Source of the DNA: Deltaproteobacteria bacterium
GTDB lineage: Bacteria > Bdellovibrionota > JAJCYS01
Direction of reading: 5' to 3'
Length of the DNA stretch: 64,000 bases
Assembly: GCA_029262815.1 (NCBI GenBank)
Contig: JAJCYS010000042.1
Coordinates: forward strand, 13,156 to 77,155
The notes under the pieces are model-generated. The model saw only the letters and a list, made by a program, of their open reading frames with translations, was not told where the DNA came from and ran no database searches. The translations under genes and the position numbers were made by a program. This document shows, in pieces, positions 1 through 8,999 of the stretch (position 1 is its first letter; each line of letters opens with the position of its first letter).

Positions 1-9
1 TGGACGTTA

Positions 10-129
10 TGGGTTCCCGCTCACGCTGCGCGTGTCGGGAATAACAAGGAGATTGCTTCGTCGGGCAATAAAAACCTCCTCGCAATGACTGGTTGTAAAT
101 CTCGACATCCCTGCGAAGGCAGGAATCCA
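10..129. repeat. Cluster of three REP/RPE-like palindromic units
   Basis: 10-46 tgggttcccg..cacgc-tgc-gcgtg..cgggaataaca hairpin; 49-89 gagattgcttcg...ctcgcaatgac; 104-129 gacatccctgc-gaag-gcaggaatcca. Related unit at 57254-57295. Confidence 0.75.
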
Positions 130-135
130 CTATTC

Positions 136-1023
136 TCACTCGCCTTCGGGAAAGGCGTGTTGAAAAAACATCTTCTTCGATTCTTCTTTTTGTTTAGAAG
201 GGTCTGTGAATGACGGCATCTCAGATCGTTTGCGATCAGGCGACTCGCCTTTTTTTTCACTTGTCGTCGTTTTCTTTTCTCGGCTTGAACATGTAAACAC
301 TTCCTGAAAAATTGTTTGGTTGCTATCAAAGAGTTTGGTTAGCCTCTTTTTAAGCTCTAAAGGCTTTATAGATCCAATGGTAAGGTTTTCCAGAAGATCA
401 ATCGTGTTGAAATTGAGCAATCGAAGGTAGGTGAGATCTTCTGCCGATGCCTTTGAACTTTCCTTAATACTTAGAATTATTCGAGTCATCAACGCATGAA
501 ATGAAGTGGGTGGAATATATTTTTTATCGGTAGTTAGTGTTACATCTTTTGAAATTTTACTTACAGCTTGATTCAGGGCATCCATTATTTTTTTTGTTTG
601 TTCCAAAGCCATCAAATCCACATTGATAGATTCAGTTGCTTGTTTTAAATAGGCTGAATTTTGATCACAGATAGAACACTGGTTTACAACCGAACACGTA
701 GGCGAAATATCAATGTTTTTTTTGGGATGAAAAATAAGCTGGTAATTATCTTTGTCCACATAAGCTTTAAATATTAGAAAAAATGGATCAACTAAGTTAA
801 ATTTTACATGAGCAGCAATAATGGGCTTCGGACTATCTTCGAAGACACCATTATAAGAGTCAGCCAAAATATGATGGAACTTTGAAATTTGGGATTCATT
901 TTTTTCCAGTAGTGGTTTAACTATTTTGTCCATTCCGAATGCAATTGAGGACGTAACAAGAATTAAAAACCCAAGTGGGACGGAAAGAACTTTTTTCACA
1001 GCTGTGAATCTTTTGATTTCCAT
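136..1023 (-). CDS. Hypothetical secreted protein
   Basis: 295-aa ORF, N-terminal signal-like segment (…SSIAFG), Cys cluster CSVVNQCSIC, charged C-terminal tail; no family recognised. Confidence 0.7.
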   Translation of the reverse strand: MEIKRFTAVKKVLSVPLGFLILVTSSIAFGMDKIVKPLLEKNESQISKFHHILADSYNGVFEDSPKPIIAAHVKFNLVDPFFLIFKAYVDKDNYQLIFHPKKNIDISPTCSVVNQCSICDQNSAYLKQATESINVDLMALEQTKKIMDALNQAVSKISKDVTLTTDKKYIPPTSFHALMTRIILSIKESSKASAEDLTYLRLLNFNTIDLLENLTIGSIKPLELKKRLTKLFDSNQTIFQEVFTCSSREKKTTTSEKKGESPDRKRSEMPSFTDPSKQKEESKKMFFQHAFPEGE

Positions 1024-1041
1024 AACCTTTTAATTAAAGGA

Positions 1042-1401
1042 TCAGTGTCTCGGTTTCATCTTATACACTTTTAAATTACTCCCACGAGCTACGCCGATAC
1101 ACTGATAAGCACCCATATTATATACTCGGTTAACAAGCACCCGTTGACTCCGTTTTTCGAATCCTACTTGGCATTCATATTCAAAGAACGCTGTTTCAAT
1201 CGGTCCATCAATTTGAACATAATAATCCGTATTAGGATGCAAATTCATAAAAGTATTCCTCGCTCTACAATCATTGATGTAATCTGAATTACATTGCTCT
1301 AAATTCACAACGGATTCATACTGTGAACCCTGATACCCAAAGCTTGTTATAGGCATCATTAGAAGGCATCCAATTAAACTCATAACTATTTTCTTTGTCA
1401 T
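1042..1401 (-). CDS. Small hypothetical secreted protein
   Basis: 119 aa, signal peptide MTKKIVMSLIGCLLMMPITSFG, GGGAG SD upstream, four Cys in mature part. Confidence 0.75.
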   Translation of the reverse strand: MTKKIVMSLIGCLLMMPITSFGYQGSQYESVVNLEQCNSDYINDCRARNTFMNLHPNTDYYVQIDGPIETAFFEYECQVGFEKRSQRVLVNRVYNMGAYQCIGVARGSNLKVYKMKPRH

Positions 1402-1528
1402 AACATCACTCCCAGAAAAACCTACCCTCTTTTCGGCATTTAAAAGCTAACACATAAGACCCTTTGCCATTTTTCTTAAACCTGGAGTCTCTTGACGTAA
1501 TCAGCCATAATTTCGTATAGTTGGGACT

Positions 1529-1951
1529 ATGAAAATATCCCTCTGTAGTGATGAACCTTATGCCGTACACAAAACCTTGCTTCAAGAATTGGAAAAACAG
1601 GGACACCAATTAGAGTTATTTGGCTCGTTTAAAACTCACGAATCGATCTCATGGGCTCTTGAAACAAAAAAAGCTGCGCAGGCTGTTGCGTCTGGTCAAT
1701 GTGAAGAAGGTATATTTTTCTGTTGGACAGGCACTGGAGCTTCTATTGCAGCAAATAAAATCGATGGCATCCGTGCGGCACTTTGTGTAGATGCACAAAC
1801 CGCCAAAGGCGCACGAATTTGGAATCATGCCAATATTCTAGTTCTCTCAAATCGTCTTATCAGCCCTGATATTCTCAAAGAAATTTTAGAAGCCTGGTTT
1901 ACAACACCCTTTGACTCGAAAAACGCCTCTGAAGTTAATCTCCTTGAATAG
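1529..1951 (+). CDS. rpiB: RpiB/LacA/LacB family sugar-phosphate isomerase
   Basis: CWTGTGASIAANKIDGIRAAL and WNHANIL motifs; N-terminal SDE instead of the usual xDH. Confidence 0.85.
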   Translation: MKISLCSDEPYAVHKTLLQELEKQGHQLELFGSFKTHESISWALETKKAAQAVASGQCEEGIFFCWTGTGASIAANKIDGIRAALCVDAQTAKGARIWNHANILVLSNRLISPDILKEILEAWFTTPFDSKNASEVNLLE

Positions 1952-1955
1952 CAGG

Positions 1956-2165
1956 TTATAACCTGCTTTCCATCACAGATATTTTTTCTTCCAGTAATTT
2001 AACTTTAGTTTCTAACGCCTTAATTCTTTTTGCATGCTTAGGCACTTCCAAGATCATTTTTGCCAATTTACTTAAGCCATCCGCATTCCCAGTTTGGTGA
2101 TAACCAAATATCGCTCCTCCAACTAGAATGGCTCCGATTACTAAGCTTAGTTTTTTTGATTTCAT
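1956..2165 (-). CDS. Small exported/membrane-anchored coiled-coil protein
   Basis: ATG at 2165 with GGAGAG SD; hydrophobic N-terminus then heptads IKALETKVKLLEEKISVMESRL. Confidence 0.65.
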   Translation of the reverse strand: MKSKKLSLVIGAILVGGAIFGYHQTGNADGLSKLAKMILEVPKHAKRIKALETKVKLLEEKISVMESRL

Positions 2166-2178
2166 ATCAACTCTCCGC

Positions 2179-2412
2179 TTACCAACGTCTGTGTCGGTTC
2201 TGGCTAAGATTATCAAGGGTTTTAGACATCACTTTATATTTGTGTTGCAGTGCATTCATATCTTGATGCAACTGAAAAACAACGAGTTTCAAATCTTCAA
2301 CCTCTTCTTCAAGCGGCATAGGATATTTGGCACTCGCGAACGTAAGTGCTGATATACAAATAATGACGCCCAAAAATGGGATGCGATGTGATTCTTTTTT
2401 TAGATGTTTCAT
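2179..2412 (-). CDS. Small exported coiled-coil protein
   Basis: Strong AGGAGGAG SD; signal peptide ending TFASA; coiled-coil LEEEVEDLKLVVFQLHQDMNALQ. Confidence 0.7.
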   Translation of the reverse strand: MKHLKKESHRIPFLGVIICISALTFASAKYPMPLEEEVEDLKLVVFQLHQDMNALQHKYKVMSKTLDNLSQNRHRRW

Positions 2413-2517
2413 ACAGCTCCTCCTAAAGGAAAATAGATTGCCAATCTCTGGATCGGCTTTCCTGGAAGGAAGCTTAGAATAACCGTGAAAACAAATTCAG
2501 TTTAATTTCTTTGGTTT

Positions 2518-3846
2518 TTACTTAGGGGAAGTTTGGATATTTTTCGAGAGAACTAGAGCTTCTTCGCGAATAGCATCCTCATCAAGCGTTTCGATATTGT
2601 TATTTCGCATCACCCACTGACCATCAATCATCATGTCTGAAACATCCCCCTCTTTTGCACAATAAATCACATTAGAAAGTGCATCGTGCATGGGAATAAG
2701 ATGCGGTTTTGAAAGATCCAAACATACCAAGTCAGCTTTCTTACCCACTTCTAGAGATCCGATTTCATGATCGGCTCGAAAGGCAGCAGCGCCACCCATC
2801 GTTGCAGCATGGAACATAAATTCAGTCGAAGATACGGTCGGATCAAAATGATTTACTTTTTGGAGCAGTGCACCGGTTCGCACTTCAGAGAAAAAATCTA
2901 GGTCATTGTTACTTGCTGATCCATCCGTTCCTACAGCAACATGGATGCCTTCTTTCGCCCAGCGGTGTATGTCCGCAATCCCCGATCCTAATTTCATATT
3001 GGATTCTGGATTGTAGACAAGGCCTACATGATTGAATGTGTTTAGGTGTTTATAATCTGAATCTGACAGATACACCCCATGCGCTAAGACAACATCACAC
3101 TCATGCATACCCGCTTCACGAAACACCTCCACGGGCGTCATGCCATTGTGATTCTGAGCAACAATTGATTGCTCTCCCTTGCTTTCAGATGCGTGCGTCT
3201 GAATAATTAGGTTATGAGCTTTTGCAAATTCGGCGACTTGTTTTAAAGTATCCATGTCATCAGAATAGGCAGAGTGGGGTGCGATAGAAGCTCTAATTCG
3301 TGGGTTATTTTGTAGCTTCTCTGATAACTTTCGCACATTCTCTAACCCTTCAGCCAAGCCAGCTGCATCAGGCACCTTATTCTTCATAGCAGACTGGCCT
3401 ACCCAACCTCTTAATCCAGCTTGGTCTAAAGCTTCAGCAGTTTGAGCGCCGAAGTAATACATATCTCCTACTGCAGTCACACCAGACCGAATGCATTCGA
3501 GCAAAGCTAATTTTGTACCTATAGATACAAATTCAGCACTGGTCCATTTGCCCTCGATGGGAAACATGTATTCGTGTAGCCAATCAATTAATGGCAGATC
3601 TTCACCAAATCCTTTGAGCAGCGTCATTGCAAGATGGGTATGTGCATTAAATAGTCCAGGGATGATGAGTTTCCCCTGTGCATCAAAAAACGATATGTCT
3701 TGATCTTGAGCGCGTTCGATATCCCAAGTGCCTTCACCTATTTGAACTACCTTATTGCCTTCAACGACAATAAATCCCTGATCAATAAATGAGTTCCGAT
3801 CAGCTTTTGGCAAAATAGCAGCATTGATAAAAACTATCTTGCTCAT
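2518..3846 (-). CDS. mtaD: 5'-methylthioadenosine/SAH deaminase-like amidohydrolase
   Basis: PGLFNAHTH metal motif, HASES, AHGV, NPESNMKLGSG, GTDGSASNNDLD. Confidence 0.85.
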   Translation of the reverse strand: MSKIVFINAAILPKADRNSFIDQGFIVVEGNKVVQIGEGTWDIERAQDQDISFFDAQGKLIIPGLFNAHTHLAMTLLKGFGEDLPLIDWLHEYMFPIEGKWTSAEFVSIGTKLALLECIRSGVTAVGDMYYFGAQTAEALDQAGLRGWVGQSAMKNKVPDAAGLAEGLENVRKLSEKLQNNPRIRASIAPHSAYSDDMDTLKQVAEFAKAHNLIIQTHASESKGEQSIVAQNHNGMTPVEVFREAGMHECDVVLAHGVYLSDSDYKHLNTFNHVGLVYNPESNMKLGSGIADIHRWAKEGIHVAVGTDGSASNNDLDFFSEVRTGALLQKVNHFDPTVSSTEFMFHAATMGGAAAFRADHEIGSLEVGKKADLVCLDLSKPHLIPMHDALSNVIYCAKEGDVSDMMIDGQWVMRNNNIETLDEDAIREEALVLSKNIQTSPK

Positions 3847-4694
3847 AATTTCCCCAACACGAAATTCATAATTTTCAATATGATTGGACTCATTCGATGC
3901 GTCATCTGAACAACTTCATCGTGATTTAGCGGCTCAGAAAATCGCCCACATGCATAATTTGTAATTAAGCAAAGTACAGACAAAGGAATTTTACACGCTT
4001 TTGCAGTGATGGTTTCACACACTACAGACATGCCAACGACATCTGCCTTTAAATCACCAAATGCCGTAATCTCAGCCTCTGATTCATAACAGGGCCCTGT
4101 CACACCTAAATAAACCCCATTATGTAGCTGACAAGGCAATCCTTCACTTCGGATAGCCTCTTTGAATAAGCCATACAAATGTTGTTCAAATGGTTTATCC
4201 ATTGGGACAAATCGAGAACCAAAAATAGATTCATCGAGTCCCCGTAGGGGATTGCTTGCTTGAAAATTAATGTAATTTTGGATGGCAACTAAATCCCCTG
4301 GCACAGACGCGGGGTGGATCCCCCCTACAGCACTCGTTAATAACATTCTTTCTGGTGTAAATTCTGAAAGCACCCGAATCGGAAAAGCTAATTGCCAAGG
4401 GTCAAGTCCTTCGTACCCATGAAATCGCCCTTCCAAAACCACAACCTGAGCATCTTCATTTGTAAAAATATGAAGGACGCCTCCATGCCCAGACACGGAT
4501 GGCACAGGAAAGTGGGGTATGAGTTTGTATGGCAGGGAGACAGTACAGGGCAAATTAAGATCTGTTAAAAACCCAAATCCGCTCCCAGATTGAATAATAA
4601 GCTTCGGTGAAGGACGCAAGTAAGGCCGTATGGTCCTACTTGCGTCTTCAATACATTGCTTATAGACATTAGACTCTTCAGCAAAATAACTCAT
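3843..4694 (-). CDS. punA: Purine nucleoside phosphorylase (trimeric PNP family)
   Basis: GSG, IPHFPVPSVSGHGG, GRFHGYEG, GPCYESEAE, VGMS, ITN, HDEV motifs. Confidence 0.88.
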   Translation of the reverse strand: MSYFAEESNVYKQCIEDASRTIRPYLRPSPKLIIQSGSGFGFLTDLNLPCTVSLPYKLIPHFPVPSVSGHGGVLHIFTNEDAQVVVLEGRFHGYEGLDPWQLAFPIRVLSEFTPERMLLTSAVGGIHPASVPGDLVAIQNYINFQASNPLRGLDESIFGSRFVPMDKPFEQHLYGLFKEAIRSEGLPCQLHNGVYLGVTGPCYESEAEITAFGDLKADVVGMSVVCETITAKACKIPLSVLCLITNYACGRFSEPLNHDEVVQMTHRMSPIILKIMNFVLGKL

Positions 4695-4709
4695 GATCCG
4701 TTTTAAGAC

Positions 4710-5984
4710 CTAACTAATCAGAAGGGCAGCGATATTCGCTGTCATCAAACAAGCTATGGTCCCAGCAATCATGGCACGAAATCCCAATTTGGCAAGTTCA
4801 TGCTTTCGCTTAGGTACTAACGTTCCAATCCCACCAATTTGGATGGCAATTGAGGAAAAGTTAGCAAATCCACAGAGAGCATACGTGACAATAATTTGTG
4901 ATCTTTCGGAGAGCATCTCTTTGACACTCGAAAATTCCATATAAGCCACAAACTCATTGATGACCATTTTCTTACCAAGCAAGTTACCAACAATGCCGCA
5001 TTCTGCAGCTGGAATCCCCATCAACCAGCTAATAGGCCAGAAGATCGTAGCGAAAATAGATTCCAATGTTAAATTCACATCCATTGAAACGGAGAAAAGT
5101 CCGAGTACATATTCAATACCCATGCTCACATATGCTAAGCCGCCATTAAAAAGAGCAATCAACGCGATGAATGCCACTAACATTCCAAGCACATTTAGTG
5201 AAAGATGAAGTCCCTCTTTGGCTCCCGTACAAGCTGCGTCAAAGATATTGGCATGATTTCCAAAATCTTTAGCAAACGAAACTTTGCCTTCAGTTTCAGG
5301 GACATCCATTTCGGGAATCATTAGTTTTGCCATCACAACGGCAGCTGGGGCACTAATGACACTGGCAGTCAGCAAGTGACCCGCATCGACACCAAACCCA
5401 ACAAACGCGGCAAACACACCCCCCGCAATAGTTGCGAAACCGCCGGTCATCATCGTCATTATTTCAGACCGAGTCATGTTATTTAGATATGGACGAACGA
5501 TCAAGGGCGCCTCAGTCTGTCCAGCAAAAATATTGGCTGCACAACTTAATGATTCTGCACCGGAGATTCTCATCATAAAATGCATGAGTTTAGCAAAAAG
5601 CCATACGAATATTTGCAAAATCTTTAAATGATAGAGAACTGCGGATAAAGAGGCGGTCAGAATGATAACGGCTGGCACTTGGATAGCAAAAATCCATCCT
5701 TTGAATTGACCAAAAACTTTTCCCATCAAAGGAATGTCAGCTAATGAGCCAAAAATAAATCCAGCACCATGCCCGGCATAAGCCAAGATTGCATTAAAAA
5801 ATGCTCGAGCACCGTTGAAGATACCCATTCCTATATCTGTTTTCAAAATAAACAGCGCAAATAATAGTTGTAAGGCGACACCACCTGCGATCGTGCGCCA
5901 ATGAATATTTTTTCGGCTACTTGAAACGGCATACCCGATGCCGATAAACACAAGTAGGCCTATAACACTAATTGCCCGCTCCAT
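4710..5984 (-). CDS. nupC: NupC/CNT family nucleoside transporter
   Basis: NIFAGQTEAPL, GFATIAG, NEFVAY, LCGFANFSSIAIQIG. Confidence 0.95.
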   Translation of the reverse strand: MERAISVIGLLVFIGIGYAVSSSRKNIHWRTIAGGVALQLLFALFILKTDIGMGIFNGARAFFNAILAYAGHGAGFIFGSLADIPLMGKVFGQFKGWIFAIQVPAVIILTASLSAVLYHLKILQIFVWLFAKLMHFMMRISGAESLSCAANIFAGQTEAPLIVRPYLNNMTRSEIMTMMTGGFATIAGGVFAAFVGFGVDAGHLLTASVISAPAAVVMAKLMIPEMDVPETEGKVSFAKDFGNHANIFDAACTGAKEGLHLSLNVLGMLVAFIALIALFNGGLAYVSMGIEYVLGLFSVSMDVNLTLESIFATIFWPISWLMGIPAAECGIVGNLLGKKMVINEFVAYMEFSSVKEMLSERSQIIVTYALCGFANFSSIAIQIGGIGTLVPKRKHELAKLGFRAMIAGTIACLMTANIAALLIS

Positions 5985-6041
5985 TTGCTCTCCCTTTTTG
6001 TTAGAATCGGTCTACCCAACTCGCTTTATCCAACACCAAAC

Positions 6042-7346
6042 TTACATAACCTTAGCGATCAATGGTAAGTTCGGCGCATCGGATGTACGAATATCCATAC
6101 AAGCCAAAAACTTCCCTGTAAGTACTTCTTGTACTTCAGAACCCTCGGAAACAAAACACGTCATTAGGGGGTCTCCAACCTCGACCGAATCGCCGATTTT
6201 CTTGTGCAACTCAACACCAACTGAATTATCTATATCAGCATCAGTGCGCGAGCGGCCTCCACCTAACCCTACTAACAAATAACCAAGAGCCTCTGTATCC
6301 ATGCCACATACTGTGCCACTTGTTTCAGCACAAACATCCCACTTATGGGACGCTTGAGTATAAAACCCATCTTTCTCAAAGGAAGAGATGTCTCCTCCTT
6401 GCGCTTCTATAATGTCGCAAAATTTTTGATAGGCAGCACCTGAGCGGAGAGCCTCTTTGACCCTAGACTCAGCTTTCGCGTAGTCAGATTCGATACTACC
6501 TGCTTGAACCATCAGTGCAGCTAACACAACACTTAGATGGTAAAGATCCGTTGGCTCTTCTTGTCCCTTTAGGATTTGTAGCACCTCATGAATTTCCGGA
6601 GCTAACCCAAAATATCGACCCAATGGCTGGTTCATATCAGAAAGAACGCCTAGAACTTTGACCCCGTGCGCATCTCCGATATCTTTCATTTTTTCATAAA
6701 GTGAAAGTGCATCCTCTTGGGACTTCATAAATGCACCGACCCCAAATTTCATATCCATAACTAGGCCGCTAATATCTTCAGATAACTTTTTGCTCATAAT
6801 AGATGAAGCTATTAGGTCCTGATTCTCAACCGTCCCGGTTACATCTCTCAGCCCATATAGCTTTCGATCTAACGGCGCGATTCGAGCGGTTGGGCCCGTA
6901 AAACACAGTCCATGATCATGAACCAACTGCTCAATTTTTTCGTTTGTATCTGGAATCGATACACCCGGAATAGCCAAAAGTTTATCCAGCGTCCCGCCCG
7001 TGTGGCCTAGGGAACGTCCCGAAAGCATAGGAATTGCACCGCCCAAAGCGGCTACAATAGGCGCGATAATAAAGGATGTTTTGTCTCCAACCCCACCCGT
7101 ACTGTGTTTATCAACACAATGTGAACTTTCAATTTGAAGCTTTACGCCACTTTCGAGCATGACTTGGGTCCATATCGCAAGTTCGGACCGTGTGAGACCC
7201 TTAAAAAATACCGCCATAAGCAAAGCGCTCATTTGTGCAGGTTGAATACCCCCATTGTCAAATTCTGTGAGAAACCAATGAATATCATCATGAGAGAGGA
7301 CTTCACCATCTCGCTTCTTCTTGATTATGACTTGAGGTAACTTCAT
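6042..7346 (-). CDS. deoA: Thymidine/pyrimidine-nucleoside phosphorylase
   Basis: IIKKKRDG, DKHSTGGVGDK, SGRSLGHTGGTLDKL, SSIMSKKL. Confidence 0.95.
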   Translation of the reverse strand: MKLPQVIIKKKRDGEVLSHDDIHWFLTEFDNGGIQPAQMSALLMAVFFKGLTRSELAIWTQVMLESGVKLQIESSHCVDKHSTGGVGDKTSFIIAPIVAALGGAIPMLSGRSLGHTGGTLDKLLAIPGVSIPDTNEKIEQLVHDHGLCFTGPTARIAPLDRKLYGLRDVTGTVENQDLIASSIMSKKLSEDISGLVMDMKFGVGAFMKSQEDALSLYEKMKDIGDAHGVKVLGVLSDMNQPLGRYFGLAPEIHEVLQILKGQEEPTDLYHLSVVLAALMVQAGSIESDYAKAESRVKEALRSGAAYQKFCDIIEAQGGDISSFEKDGFYTQASHKWDVCAETSGTVCGMDTEALGYLLVGLGGGRSRTDADIDNSVGVELHKKIGDSVEVGDPLMTCFVSEGSEVQEVLTGKFLACMDIRTSDAPNLPLIAKVM

Positions 7347-7499
7347 ATATTTGATCCAAACCTCTCAAATTTATGTATGTGCCGTACGGGCATATAATCT
7401 ATCCAAAGACAATCGAAAATGATATAAGAATTTATAACAAAGATACTTTTTACTAAATTAATATAGATTGTAGTTTAAAACCTATTTTATTTGGAGCTA

Positions 7500-8999
7500 A
7501 TGAGTCAGAAACCATATCGTATTTTTATTAGCAAAACGTTTTTTGAAAAACGTATCGCTTTTTGTACCGAACAGAATGTTGAAGAAGTCTGGATAGATCG
7601 AGGACACCCAGAAAAACATATTGTGGGTAATATCTACTATGGAAAAGTCCAACGGGTTCTTCCAGGCATGCAGGCCTCTTTTGTAGATATTGAACTTGAA
7701 AAAAATGGGTTCCTTTATGAAGGAGATATTATTGAAACCGAAGAAGATGGGCTCGACTACTTAGACTCAAGTCCTGAATCAGGTGCAGCCCCGCATGTCC
7801 CATCATTTCAGTCATTGAAACCTAAAGACCGCATCTTGGTTCAGGTCACAAAAGGGCCGATCGCTTCCAAAGGCGCCCGATTAACCACGAGTATTACCCT
7901 GACTGGCAAATTCCTCGTTTTGCTCCCCCAGAGCAGACGAATTGGGATCTCAAAAAAAATAAAGAATAGCAAAACACGCGATCAACTCTTCCAAGCCATC
8001 AAAGAAGTCCAGAAAAACCAAGGCTTTCCGTATGGCATTATCATTCGAACTGCTGCTTTGAACACGCACCCGAAAAAACTGCAAGAGGAATACCTCAACC
8101 TTATTGAAACCTGGCTTAAGGTTGCCAAAGCAGCACAAAAAGCTAAGGCGCCGTGTTTGCTACATAGTGATAACGATCCACTTGATCGACTTTTGCGAGA
8201 ATACTGTGGTAACCCTGCTACTCAAATTATTGTTGACCATGAGACAACCTATAAAAGGTTGTTGAGCAAAGCTCAAGCACGTTACTTTTTTCCAAAAGAA
8301 AACATAATTCTATATAACAAAGGCGGGGGGCTATTTGAGGATTTTGGCATTGAACAAGAACTCTCCAAAACACTCGATAGACGTATTTGGCTAGAAAGTG
8401 GGGGATACATTGTTTTTGACGAAACTGAAGCACTCACCGTAATCGACGTCAATACCGGACGATTTGTCGGAAAGACAAGATTAGAAGAAACGCTCGTTAA
8501 AACAAATATCGAAGCTGCTGAGGAAATCGTTCAGCAAATCACTTTACGAAATTTATCTGGAATCATTATTGTTGATTTTATAGATATGGATGAAAACAAA
8601 CACAAACACCTTATCCTCGATACACTCAAGAAAAAACTGAAGAACGATCGCACACGAAATTCCGTTTTATCTATGACACAACTTGGACTTGTTCAAATTA
8701 CCCGAAAAAGAACTCATTCATCCTTACTACATCAACTTTCAACAACCTGTCCGTATTGCGATGGCAAGGGGGTTACGAAAGGCGAAGAGACTGTTCTATT
8801 GGAGATTCTTCGTGAGATTAAATCTCATATTCAAAAGAAAAATAATCGACTTTCTGTTTTGGTGAGTGAACCTTTGTTTGAGGCTGTGTTGACAACCTAT
8901 AAACTTTTTATTGAAGATATCGAGAAAAAACATCGATTGAAAATTACTTGGAAAATGATGAGCGATTTTCATTTGGAGGAGTTCGAGGTATACGTCTGA
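7500..8999 (+). CDS. rng: Ribonuclease G (Rne/Rng family)
   Basis: GNIYYGKVQRVLPGMQASFVDI S1 domain, TEALTVIDVNTG, IIIVDFIDM, CPYCDGKG; about 500 aa without RNase E tail (TTG start at 7491 also possible). Confidence 0.95.
   Translation: MSQKPYRIFISKTFFEKRIAFCTEQNVEEVWIDRGHPEKHIVGNIYYGKVQRVLPGMQASFVDIELEKNGFLYEGDIIETEEDGLDYLDSSPESGAAPHVPSFQSLKPKDRILVQVTKGPIASKGARLTTSITLTGKFLVLLPQSRRIGISKKIKNSKTRDQLFQAIKEVQKNQGFPYGIIIRTAALNTHPKKLQEEYLNLIETWLKVAKAAQKAKAPCLLHSDNDPLDRLLREYCGNPATQIIVDHETTYKRLLSKAQARYFFPKENIILYNKGGGLFEDFGIEQELSKTLDRRIWLESGGYIVFDETEALTVIDVNTGRFVGKTRLEETLVKTNIEAAEEIVQQITLRNLSGIIIVDFIDMDENKHKHLILDTLKKKLKNDRTRNSVLSMTQLGLVQITRKRTHSSLLHQLSTTCPYCDGKGVTKGEETVLLEILREIKSHIQKKNNRLSVLVSEPLFEAVLTTYKLFIEDIEKKHRLKITWKMMSDFHLEEFEVYV

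Noticed and set aside
21..329. 102-aa minus-strand ORF
   Set aside because: Alternate frame of the 136-1023 gene running through REP-like palindromes; no coding signal
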